A stretch of 64,000 bases of DNA from Verrucomicrobiota bacterium (lineage in GTDB: Bacteria > Verrucomicrobiota > Verrucomicrobiia > Limisphaerales > DSYF01), in assembly GCA_041181065.1 (NCBI GenBank), contig JBEGQI010000022.1, positions 2,863 through 66,862 on the forward strand, written 5' to 3'. Positions 47,588 to 56,655 of this stretch are shown here, in pieces. The notes under the pieces were generated by a model. The model was given only the letters and a program-made list of their open reading frames with translations. It had not been told where the DNA came from and did not search any database. Position 1 is the stretch's first letter; every line of letters starts with the position of its first letter. The position numbers and the translations under genes are program-made.

Positions 47588-49054
47588 TTACAGCAGATCA
47601 ATCTGCGATTTCTCCTGCGCGAGCGCTTCGGAGAGGCTCGCGACGCGACGCTTCCGGTTTTCCATGATGTTCTTGTCGAGCGCCGGATCGTAGTGGACGG
47701 GATAATTGCCGTCGTAGCAGGCCATGCAGAACGAACTCGCCGGCTGGCCGGTCGCGCGGATCATGCCTTCCTGCGAGAGATAGTGCAGCGAGTCTGCGTT
47801 GAGATATTTGCGGATCTCTTCTTGGCTGTGGTTCGCCGCCATCAACTTGCTGCGGTCAGGGAAATCAATGCCATACACGCACGGGTTCATGTGCGGCGGA
47901 CAACTCACGAGCACGTGAACTTCCTTCGCGCCGGCTTCCTTCAAGTTGTTCACGCGTGATTTGCACGTTGTGCCGCGCACGATGGAGTCATCCACGATGA
48001 TGACGCGCTTCCCCTGCACCAGTTCGTGGATGAGGTTGAGCTTCACGCGCACATTGAAGTCACGGATGAGTTGCGACGGCTGGAGAAAGCTGCGGCCGAC
48101 GTAATGGTTGCGGACGAACGCCATCTCGAACGGGATGCCGCTCTGCAATGAATAGCCGAGCGCCGCGCAATTGCCGCTGTCCGGCACGGGCACCACGATG
48201 TCCGCCTCAATGGGGCATTCCTTCGCCAGCTCGCGGCCCATGTCCACGCGCACTTTGTAAACGCCGTGACCCGCGATGTGGCTGTCGGGCCGCGCGAAGT
48301 AAACGTATTCGAAGATGCAGAACGCGCGGCGCTTGTGCTCGGGGAACGCCTGCACGCTGGTCAGCCCGCTTTCGTTGATGATGACAATTTCGCCGGGCTC
48401 GACGTCGCGGATGTATTTCGCTTGGATCAAATCCAACGCCGTCGTCTCGCTCGAAAGCACGTAGGCGTCATCCTTCTTGCCGATGCACAGCGGACGGAAT
48501 CCATGCGGGTCGCGCACGCCGATGAGTTCCTTCTCCGTCATGATGACGAGCGAGTAGGCGCCCTCGATGCGGCGGACGGTTTGGATGAGATCGTTCGGAC
48601 GCTGGTTTAGCGAAGGCTGCGCCATCAAGTGCAGGATGATTTCGCTATCTACCGTCGTCTGGAAAATGGAGCCGCGCGCTTCGAGTTCCTCGCGGAGCTG
48701 GGAGGCGTTGGTCAGGTTGCCGTTGTGGGCGATGGCGATCTGGCCGCGGGCGCAATCCACCGCGAGCGGCTGGGCGTTGCGCAGGTGCGACGAGCCGGTC
48801 GTCGAGTAACGCGTGTGACCGACGGCCATCTTGCCGACGAGGCCGTGCAGGATCTCGCCGTTGAAGACCTGCGGCACGAGGCCCATGCCCTTGTGGATGC
48901 GGAACTGTTTGCCATCGCTCGTGGCGATGCCCGCGCTCTCCTGCCCGCGATGTTGCAGGGCATAGAGGCCGAAGTAGGTCAGTTCCGCTGCGTTTGGATG
49001 GCCATAAATGCCAAAAACGCCACAATAATGTTTGGGATATTCGGAGGATTGCAT
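47588..49054 (-). CDS. purF: Amidophosphoribosyltransferase
   Basis: Ntn-type CGVFGIYGH after a short propeptide, HRGQESAGI, a PRPP loop VIIVDDSIVRGTT, and C-terminal Cys ligands (CMACYDGNYP). The start is uncertain (49054, 49072 or 49099). Confidence 0.9.
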   Translation of the reverse strand: MQSSEYPKHYCGVFGIYGHPNAAELTYFGLYALQHRGQESAGIATSDGKQFRIHKGMGLVPQVFNGEILHGLVGKMAVGHTRYSTTGSSHLRNAQPLAVDCARGQIAIAHNGNLTNASQLREELEARGSIFQTTVDSEIILHLMAQPSLNQRPNDLIQTVRRIEGAYSLVIMTEKELIGVRDPHGFRPLCIGKKDDAYVLSSETTALDLIQAKYIRDVEPGEIVIINESGLTSVQAFPEHKRRAFCIFEYVYFARPDSHIAGHGVYKVRVDMGRELAKECPIEADIVVPVPDSGNCAALGYSLQSGIPFEMAFVRNHYVGRSFLQPSQLIRDFNVRVKLNLIHELVQGKRVIIVDDSIVRGTTCKSRVNNLKEAGAKEVHVLVSCPPHMNPCVYGIDFPDRSKLMAANHSQEEIRKYLNADSLHYLSQEGMIRATGQPASSFCMACYDGNYPVHYDPALDKNIMENRKRRVASLSEALAQEKSQIDLL

Positions 49055-49174
49055 CGCCGCGCGCCCGCTCATTTCAGCGGACGAACTCGCGCGCAGCAAG
49101 TTTCAAATTCTGGGAACCAAGAATTGATTTGTAGACTCGCGGTTCGGCTTCGGTGACGCGAACGAATTAAAAAC

Positions 49175-50215
49175 TCAACGCTGTCCCTGCATCACCAGCT
49201 TGGGCTTACGATCCACAGTGAAGAGGCCCCAGTGCTTCTCGGCGCCGAGCGGGTCGGCATCGCCCTTCCAATCCTCGTCGAAAGCCTCGAAGAAGAAGGT
49301 GGTGATGTTCATCTTGGCGGCCCAGGCGTAGAGGTCGTGATAGTATCGCTTCTCCTTCTCGTCACTCGCCCGTTCGCCAAATTCCTTGGCGGTCGTCGCC
49401 CAGCCTGCTTCAGTAATGACGAGCTTTGCTTTGGGCAGCGTGTTCCGCACGGCTTGCAGATTTGCGATGGTGAACGGCATCGCTTCGTCGATGTCCTTGT
49501 TTTCCCAGACAGGGTAGGTGTGGACGGAAACGAAATCCAACTCCTGCGCCAAACGTTGGCCGTGCTTGGCCCACCAATCGTAGTTGTCGCACACGGTGAC
49601 GGGCTGGCGGACGGCGGCTTTGACTTCGCGCACGTAACCGATCACTGCGTCTTCGCTCACCATGTGGTCGTTCCAGCTCACGAGGGCTTCGTTGCCGACG
49701 GCGACGGCGCAAACGATGTTCGAATACTGGTTCGCGAGTCGGATGGCTTCACGCACTTCAGCGACGTTGCCGCGACGATTGGCCTCCAGCACTTCCGGCG
49801 ACATCGGTTTGAGCCAGGAGCAACCGGGGTTGTTCATCTCTGCGGCTAGCCACGCGCCGAGCATCACCTTGAAATTGAAGCCGTGCTTTTGGATGAGCTT
49901 CAACACCACTTCGGAATTCGTCTTCGCATCGTAGAGTCGCAGCAGGCGAAAATCCGTCTGGCGGGCGAGGAGGCTCAAGTCCTCCAAGATTTGCGCGTCG
50001 GTGGGATTTACCGCGCCATCGCCGCGATCGGGATGTTGGCCGGTGCGAAATCCCGAGTAACAAACTCCCCGCAACTGCCCTGTGAGCAAGTCGGACTTCT
50101 TCTGTTGCAATGGAACCAAGGCCGAGTTTGTGTCGGCAACAGCGTTGGCCACCTTGAACGCGGCCAACACTGAGCAAAGGGAAATCAGTTTTTGAACTCT
50201 CATGGCCAACCTCAT
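49175..50215 (-). CDS. Secreted GH17-like beta-1,3-glucanase/transglycosylase
   Basis: Signal peptide ...LISLCSVLAAFKVANA. GVCYS, VAVGNEAL (acid/base-like), LVITEAGWAT (nucleophile-like), EKHWGLF. The start overlaps the transporter stop (ATGA at 50212-50215). Confidence 0.72.
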   Translation of the reverse strand: MRLAMRVQKLISLCSVLAAFKVANAVADTNSALVPLQQKKSDLLTGQLRGVCYSGFRTGQHPDRGDGAVNPTDAQILEDLSLLARQTDFRLLRLYDAKTNSEVVLKLIQKHGFNFKVMLGAWLAAEMNNPGCSWLKPMSPEVLEANRRGNVAEVREAIRLANQYSNIVCAVAVGNEALVSWNDHMVSEDAVIGYVREVKAAVRQPVTVCDNYDWWAKHGQRLAQELDFVSVHTYPVWENKDIDEAMPFTIANLQAVRNTLPKAKLVITEAGWATTAKEFGERASDEKEKRYYHDLYAWAAKMNITTFFFEAFDEDWKGDADPLGAEKHWGLFTVDRKPKLVMQGQR

Positions 50216-51615
50216 GCGCTGGCCAGCGATTCTGCACCTGCGCTGGCGGTTGGTTCATTCTTTGCGGTGGTGGATGGCGTCGCTGCCCGGCGCTTCGTGA
50301 GATCTTCGCGCATGGTCGTGCAGATGTGTTCGTTCAAGCCGTAGAGGGTGAACGATCCCGCCAGCAGGATCAGCCCGACAGCGGGAATCAAGCTATTGAG
50401 TAGCAGAATGCCGCGGAGGGCTTCCGGTGTTTGTTCAGCATTGGGCACGTAGCCGAAGTGCGAGATGAGAAATCCGGCGAATGCCGCACCGATGCCCATC
50501 CCCGCCTTTTGCGCGCAGGTCGTGGCGGAGAACACCACGCCGGTCGTGCGCGTCTTGAATTTCCATTCCTGAAAATCCGCCGTGTCGGCTACCAGCGCCC
50601 AGAAGAGCGTCGCGTTGATGCCGGCACACATCATGCCGAGGATCTGGAACGCATAGATCGCCGCCGTTTGGTCGGGTTTCATCCAGTAGAACGGGATGGC
50701 CGTGAGCGCGACCATCAGCAGGCTCACGATGAACGCCCACTTCTTGCCCATCGCTTTCACCGCGAACCGCGTCAGCATCGCGCCGAACACCATGCTCAAA
50801 CCGCCGACGAGGAACCACGTCGCGATCTGCTCGCCACCCCAGTGCAGGTAGCTCTTGAGATAATAGATGCCCGCCGAGCCGCGCACGACGGCCAGCGTGA
50901 TGTTGATGATGCCGACGATGAACATCATGAGCCAATGCCGGTTGAGAAACAGCGTCTTTAAATCTTGCGTCAGTTTCGTGTGCTGATCAGCCGGCGGATG
51001 GATGCGTTCCTTGGTGGTCCAGAATGAGACGAGGAACAGTACGATGGCGATGGCGGCGAACAGGAGCACGGTGCGCTGCGCACCGACCTGCTGGTTGTCA
51101 TTCGCCAGCTTCACGATGAGCACCATGAAACTGGAGTTGGCGATGATGCCGCCGATCTGTGCGAGCGCCATGCGATAGGAGTTCAGGCTCGTGCGTTCCA
51201 GTGGATCGTCGGTCATCACGCCGGACAACGCGCCGTAGGGGATGTTGATGGCGGAGTAGAGCAGCATGAGCGCGTTGTAGGTGACCCAGGCCCAGACGAG
51301 CTTGCCGGCGGGGCTGAAGTTCGGCGTGGTGAACGCGAGCACAAAGACGACCGCGAGCGGCACGCAGAGCCACACGAGATACGGACGGAACCGGCCCCAC
51401 TTGGATTTGGTGCGGTCGGCCATGGCGCCGATGAAAAAGTCCACGATGCCATCCGAGCTGCGCGCAAAGAGCAGCATTGTGCCCGCGGCGGCGGCGGTGA
51501 TGCCGAAGATGTCCGTGTAGTAGAACATGATGAAGTTCATCATGAGCGCCCAGACGAAGTTGCTCGCGGTGTCGCCGAGGCCGTAACCGAACTTCTCGAC
51601 GAAGGACAATTTCAT
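50212..51615 (-). CDS. GPH-family (MelB-like) glycoside:cation symporter
   Basis: MKLSFVEKFGYGLGDTASNF...YYTDIFGI...DGIVDFFIGAMADRT.SKWGRFRPY are GPH hallmarks. 12 TM by eye. There is an alternative ATG at 51636. Confidence 0.85.
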   Translation of the reverse strand: MKLSFVEKFGYGLGDTASNFVWALMMNFIMFYYTDIFGITAAAAGTMLLFARSSDGIVDFFIGAMADRTKSKWGRFRPYLVWLCVPLAVVFVLAFTTPNFSPAGKLVWAWVTYNALMLLYSAINIPYGALSGVMTDDPLERTSLNSYRMALAQIGGIIANSSFMVLIVKLANDNQQVGAQRTVLLFAAIAIVLFLVSFWTTKERIHPPADQHTKLTQDLKTLFLNRHWLMMFIVGIINITLAVVRGSAGIYYLKSYLHWGGEQIATWFLVGGLSMVFGAMLTRFAVKAMGKKWAFIVSLLMVALTAIPFYWMKPDQTAAIYAFQILGMMCAGINATLFWALVADTADFQEWKFKTRTTGVVFSATTCAQKAGMGIGAAFAGFLISHFGYVPNAEQTPEALRGILLLNSLIPAVGLILLAGSFTLYGLNEHICTTMREDLTKRRAATPSTTAKNEPTASAGAESLASA

Positions 51616-51640
51616 GGATGAGGTTTCGCTTCGCATAAAT

Positions 51641-54600
51641 CTATTGGGTTCGTTCCCACAGCGCGCTCGCCGGGATGGTGACGCTCAGCCGCGTGATCTC
51701 GCCGGTCCGTGTGAAGATTGCCGTGCTGTCGTCAGCACTGAGGCGCGCGCCGCGCACGGTGCGCGTTTGGCCGTCGCGCGATGTCACGGTGATGGTGAAT
51801 TCATTGCCGATGACATAACTCACCGGCACCTGACAACATGTGAAAGCCAAGCTGTGTGCGGGAAGATTCAAAGTTTGAGCGGCGCCATTCACATCGACAT
51901 ATGTGAATGCCTGCGGCTTGGATGAAAACTCGGAGCGACACAACAGCGTCGGTGCAAAGACGAGTTGCCCGCGCTCGACGCGCACCCCGAGTTCGGCGCG
52001 GCGCGTGAGGATTTCTTCCTTCACCTGACCGGTCATGCCGGGCTGTTGCGCGCCGAGATGACGGGGTGTGTGCGAGTAAGGATCGGTCGGGAACGCGCCA
52101 TAGACTTCCGGCGACTTCGTGAAGCCGAGGCCGCGGCGGATGTCGTAGTAGGCGTCACGCAAGCCGGCGATGACTTCTGCCGGCGCGCCGCTTGCGACCG
52201 CGGCGCGATGACATTCCTCGGCGGCGAGCAGCAGCTTGGCGATCATGTGCCAGTAGATGCTCCCGAGCCCCTCGAACGCGAACATCGCGCCGCTGCGTCC
52301 GGTGAATTCGCTGTGTTGAAAGACGCCTTCCCAGATTTGCAGCAATACGGTGCGTTCGGCTTCTGATGTTGCGCCCGTGGGCAACTTGGCCAGGCGCGCT
52401 TCGAGTGTGGCGGCGTTCGTGAGGTCGCCGTTGAAGTGCGCTGCGCCGCTGGCGTCCACGGTGATTACGGTGCGGTCGCCTTGCTTCACGAGCGTGGCGA
52501 TGGCCGGGACTTTGGACTGCCAGTCCGCCGGCCATTGATTGCGTTCCAAGAACGGCGTCACCAATCGGTCGGGATAGAGCAGATAACTGTGCTGGTCGGC
52601 GCGGAAGAGATCGCTCTTGCGCAACGCGCGGAACAGCGCCAGCGCTTCTGTCGGCGACAGCAACCCGCTGCTCAGCACCGCGACCTGTCCTTCCAACATG
52701 AGATTCAGATGGCGAACGCGAGCCGCACTGCCCGTCAGCTCCAGCAAGTTGTAACTGTGGAATGTGCCGTCCGCGCGGCGATTGGCCTTGAGCGTTTCCT
52801 CGACGGCGTGCGTCGCTGCTGCGAGCCAACGCCGGATCTCAGCCAACGCCACCGGGCGCGGCTCGCCGAGTTTGCCTTGATACACTGCCGCGCGATGATT
52901 TTCCCCGGCGCCGCCCAGCGCGGTGAGAGTTTTCAGCCGCACTACGTCGTCGCTTGTGTTGAAGTTGCCGAGTGCTGCGCAAATCTCTTGTCCGAACTTT
53001 TCAACGGCGGGGGACAACCAAACGGTTTCGCCGCTCGTTGCGAGCACGCGTTCCAAGAAGCCGAGGTAGCGGCGCAGGTAACCGACCGTGACCATGGAAA
53101 GTCCCCAGCCGGCTAGCGCGTTGTTGGCGTCGTTCCACTCGGGTCGCTGCGTGTTGAGCCAGATGCCGCCGCCGGGAACGAGGTTGCTCAACTTGGCGAG
53201 CAGCGGAACGAGCAGCTTTTCGCCGAGGGAGACGAGCCGGACTTCGCCATTGTCATCAGCGAGCAACTTCGCGTCGTTGCCGATCTCTGCGGCGCGCGCG
53301 AGCAGTTCTTTGTGCAGTGTGGTGTTGAAGCGAATGCCGTGGCGCGGATTGCCGAGCAGTTCCGCGAACGATTTGATCTCGTAAGGAACGCGCGCGTAGG
53401 CGAAGCGGCGTTGGTTCAGCTCCTGCGCGAGACGGCTAGGCGCGTAATCTTCCAGCGACTCCAGCAATCGCAGCAGATAGATGATTTGGTGATCGCCCCA
53501 GTAGCCGATGTGGCTCCACGGGTCGTGCGGGTCTTCGACTTCCCAATCAATCCCGGCGCGCGTGATGCGATAGGGATTGTAGCCGTCGGCGGTTGAGGCG
53601 TTCAGGAACACCGCGATCATGGATTCGAGGCAGAGCGGATAACTCTGCGCGAGGCTCTCCCAGTTTTGGAAGATGTCGCGCCAGTTGCCTTGATAATCGT
53701 AGATCGTGCGCCCGGCTTCGTCGCGGGTGCGGATGGAAAAGCGGTTCCACGGCCGGCTCGGATCGCCGTGCCGACGGCTGAACGTGATGGGCAGATACTC
53801 ACGCACGAGCCGGACGAGATGCGCGTCGCCGGTCGCTTCAGCAGACGTGTGCGCCGCGGCGAGATCCAATTGCGCGGGCAACGATTTCAACCACGCCGCG
53901 TGACGGGCGTAAATGTGCTTGTTGCGCACAGATAAAAACGCCGCGAGGTCGGCGACCGGAAAACGATAGCCATCCGGCAGCGTGCCGCCGCGCATGCAGT
54001 TGAACAGGACGTTGGCGAAGTGATGTGGGCTCGCGGGGTCTTGCGTCTGTTGCAACCCATCGGCGGCGGCGATGCGGGCGCGCAAGGCATCACGCGTGGC
54101 GATGACATCAGCTCGCAGCGCCTCGGCCAGAGCATCAGGTGCAGCGAGTTGCTGACGAAGTTGGATGAGCGCGGAGTGGTCGAGTCCAGTGTCGGCGACG
54201 GCAAACCATTCGTGCGCGCCGTCTGGCGAAATTTCCGTGGCGGCGCAGACCAGATGCGCTCCGAACACGCCGCGCACTTCGGTCTCGGGTGTGACGGCTT
54301 GGCCATGCCGAAACGCGGCGATCTGACGGTCCGACAACAGCACCACGGGATTCTGGTGACCATACGACCACGCGGCGGCGACGCGGAGCATTTCGCACGG
54401 TTCGGCGCGGTCGGTGATGCCAGAGTTGAGCGTGTAGATGCCGAGACCGTTGGTGCATTCGTGCCGCATGTAGGCGGCGGCGAGGTAGCTGTAACGCTCG
54501 AATAAATCCTGACCGACGCCTGCGGGCAGCAGCTGATGAAAGCCGTCGAGATAGCGCACGCGCACTGGTTGTGAACCGAGGTTGCGCAGTTCGCAGAAGC

Positions 54601-55111
54601 GAACGAGGCCGAACTTGTCCGACGAGGTCAGCGTCCACGTGATCGCCAGTTGCAAATCTTCGTTGATCTCCTCAAAGACGGCGCTGGTGCCGAGCTGGCT
54701 TTTGAACAGGTGGCGGCGGAGGCGATACAAACCGGCGTCGCCGAGCCACGGCTCCCACAAAGCCGAGCCGCCATCGCGTTCGACGAGCAGGTGCGTGCGC
54801 GCACCGGTGCCGCAGGGTTGCGCAAGAATCTTGTCCGCCGTGCGATAGGGAAAGAGCGCGTGGTCCGCATCGCCGCGGCCGGAGGTGAACGCGCCGTTGC
54901 TGCCGAGAAACGTCCATACATTGCCGTCGCTGACGATGCTCATCAGGAACGGCGGCATCGCGTTGACGTCGGTGATGCCGACGAACGGTTCGCCGCGGAT
55001 GACACGTGACGTGGCGCCGGCGTGGGCGGGTAATTCGTGCTGCGGGGTGTGGCCGATGAAAACGCGTTCCCCCGAGTGCCGCGACGCGTCCTGGTTCGAT
55101 GGTCCAGACAT
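51641..55111 (-). CDS. 1156-aa cytoplasmic protein, candidate GH94/GH149/GH161-type glycoside (beta-glucan) phosphorylase
   Basis: No signal peptide. Motifs reminiscent of the GH94 clan catalytic region: RPEWNDANNALAG (D/E-W-N-D), GSIYWHMIAKLLL, PYSHTP...QPGMTGQVKE. Size and neighbours (GH17, GPH symporter, GH-A) fit a beta-1,3-glucan phosphorylase. The CDS is confident; the function is an inference. Confidence 0.5.
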   Translation of the reverse strand: MSGPSNQDASRHSGERVFIGHTPQHELPAHAGATSRVIRGEPFVGITDVNAMPPFLMSIVSDGNVWTFLGSNGAFTSGRGDADHALFPYRTADKILAQPCGTGARTHLLVERDGGSALWEPWLGDAGLYRLRRHLFKSQLGTSAVFEEINEDLQLAITWTLTSSDKFGLVRFCELRNLGSQPVRVRYLDGFHQLLPAGVGQDLFERYSYLAAAYMRHECTNGLGIYTLNSGITDRAEPCEMLRVAAAWSYGHQNPVVLLSDRQIAAFRHGQAVTPETEVRGVFGAHLVCAATEISPDGAHEWFAVADTGLDHSALIQLRQQLAAPDALAEALRADVIATRDALRARIAAADGLQQTQDPASPHHFANVLFNCMRGGTLPDGYRFPVADLAAFLSVRNKHIYARHAAWLKSLPAQLDLAAAHTSAEATGDAHLVRLVREYLPITFSRRHGDPSRPWNRFSIRTRDEAGRTIYDYQGNWRDIFQNWESLAQSYPLCLESMIAVFLNASTADGYNPYRITRAGIDWEVEDPHDPWSHIGYWGDHQIIYLLRLLESLEDYAPSRLAQELNQRRFAYARVPYEIKSFAELLGNPRHGIRFNTTLHKELLARAAEIGNDAKLLADDNGEVRLVSLGEKLLVPLLAKLSNLVPGGGIWLNTQRPEWNDANNALAGWGLSMVTVGYLRRYLGFLERVLATSGETVWLSPAVEKFGQEICAALGNFNTSDDVVRLKTLTALGGAGENHRAAVYQGKLGEPRPVALAEIRRWLAAATHAVEETLKANRRADGTFHSYNLLELTGSAARVRHLNLMLEGQVAVLSSGLLSPTEALALFRALRKSDLFRADQHSYLLYPDRLVTPFLERNQWPADWQSKVPAIATLVKQGDRTVITVDASGAAHFNGDLTNAATLEARLAKLPTGATSEAERTVLLQIWEGVFQHSEFTGRSGAMFAFEGLGSIYWHMIAKLLLAAEECHRAAVASGAPAEVIAGLRDAYYDIRRGLGFTKSPEVYGAFPTDPYSHTPRHLGAQQPGMTGQVKEEILTRRAELGVRVERGQLVFAPTLLCRSEFSSKPQAFTYVDVNGAAQTLNLPAHSLAFTCCQVPVSYVIGNEFTITVTSRDGQTRTVRGARLSADDSTAIFTRTGEITRLSVTIPASALWERTQ

Positions 55112-55119
55112 GGTCTGCG

Positions 55120-56448
55120 CTATTTCGAGCGGCTGGCAGTTTCGGGCATTGTGGGCCGCGTCTGCGTGGTGGAGACCGTCACCAGGAACGGCACGTTGCC
55201 AACGCAGGCGCCCGTGTCGTTGTGGACGTAGGCGAACACGCGGTAAGCCCCGGCCGTTTCGGGAGCAACCAGTTCACAACCTTTTTCGTCGCCGTGTTTG
55301 ATGACGGAGCGCAATTCGGGCAGCTGCTGTTCCTCGCGACCGGCGCTGAGCGTCTTGGTCTGCTCGGGTTGCACGATCCAGCGCACGCGCAATGGCCGTT
55401 GATCCGAGTTCACTGCGATGAGCTGTATCTTGAGCGGCGCGCCGGGGTTGAGTTGGGTCGAGCCTTCCGCGCGGAGCTGCTTGATGACGGGACAGGTGGC
55501 TTGCGGCGGTTTGCCGGACCAGAGTTCCGTCATCGTGTCCACGGCGTTCACCTTGGTGCCATCGGGCAGGAACATGCCGAACCATGTCGCGGTGCGTTCC
55601 TGCTTGTTGCCCCAAAGGAAAGCGTAGGAGCCGAGGCACAGCGGCTTCTGCTGGATGGAGCCGACATACGCGCGGCGATACGACTCGGCTTTCTCGGAGC
55701 TGGTCGGCTCGAACGGCGCATCCCACGAGGTCTTGCCCACTTCCCAGAAACCGGCCGGGCCGAATTCCGTGATGATGTAAGGCTTGGTTGGTTTCTGCGC
55801 TGTGTAACGCGCCGCAATGCTGGACGCACCGGCGTAACTGTTGATGCCCACGATGTCCACGTCGGGGCAATATTGGTTCACGGACTGGACGCGTTTGCCG
55901 CCGAGTTCGACCATGACGGTCATGACGGGATGATTGGTGTCCAGCGATTTGGCGAGCTTCGCGGCTTCGTTCACGTGCTTCCAGATCACGGGACGATCGC
56001 CGTCGCCGTAACCTTCCATTTCGTTGCCGATGCCCCACATCAACACCGCGGGATGATCCTTGTAACGCAACACCGCCTGGCGGACGAGTTCCAGTTGCTC
56101 CTTGAGCATCTCCGGCTTGTCGTAACTGAACCCGCCTTCGTCGCCTTCGTGCCGGAGCCAGATGCCAACGGTCACGGTCAGCCCATGCTTGTGAGCCTCA
56201 TCCAACAAGGGCGCAAGGTTGTCCACGCCCCAAGTGCGGACGGAGTTGGCGCCGGCTGCTGCGAGCAGGTCGAGCCGCGTCGTGCCGCCTGCGCCCTTGA
56301 CGAAGAACGGTTTGCCCTCGCGACGAAGGCTCCACGCATCGCCCTTGCGCACGAGTTCGACTTTTGCCGCCCAGCCTGCGGTCGGACCAACCACGCCTGC
56401 CAGGGCGAGCAAAGCCGAGGCTAATATGAGTGACCTTGTGAATTTCAT
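55120..56448 (-). CDS. Secreted clan GH-A TIM-barrel glycoside hydrolase with a C-terminal beta-sandwich
   Basis: The ATG at 56448 gives MKFTRSLILASALLALAGVVGPTAGWA. NSVRTWG, LMWGIGNEMEG (acid/base-like), YIITEFG (nucleophile-like). Confidence 0.72.
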   Translation of the reverse strand: MKFTRSLILASALLALAGVVGPTAGWAAKVELVRKGDAWSLRREGKPFFVKGAGGTTRLDLLAAAGANSVRTWGVDNLAPLLDEAHKHGLTVTVGIWLRHEGDEGGFSYDKPEMLKEQLELVRQAVLRYKDHPAVLMWGIGNEMEGYGDGDRPVIWKHVNEAAKLAKSLDTNHPVMTVMVELGGKRVQSVNQYCPDVDIVGINSYAGASSIAARYTAQKPTKPYIITEFGPAGFWEVGKTSWDAPFEPTSSEKAESYRRAYVGSIQQKPLCLGSYAFLWGNKQERTATWFGMFLPDGTKVNAVDTMTELWSGKPPQATCPVIKQLRAEGSTQLNPGAPLKIQLIAVNSDQRPLRVRWIVQPEQTKTLSAGREEQQLPELRSVIKHGDEKGCELVAPETAGAYRVFAYVHNDTGACVGNVPFLVTVSTTQTRPTMPETASRSK

Positions 56449-56655
56449 AAGCGCGTCAGTTTGATGCGGGACGCGGAACGGTCCAGGCCCGCACATTCAA
56501 CGGGGAAGCCCGAAAAGGCGCTGACCCTGGACTCGGTGACCTGAATGGTCAATTGCTTGGTGACCGACATAAAATTCTATTTGCCTGCCGTCCGCTCTGC
56601 CCTGGCCCATGCCCGGGCCGCTGCTGTCAAAGGTTACTTGGGGGGAACCCGGCTG

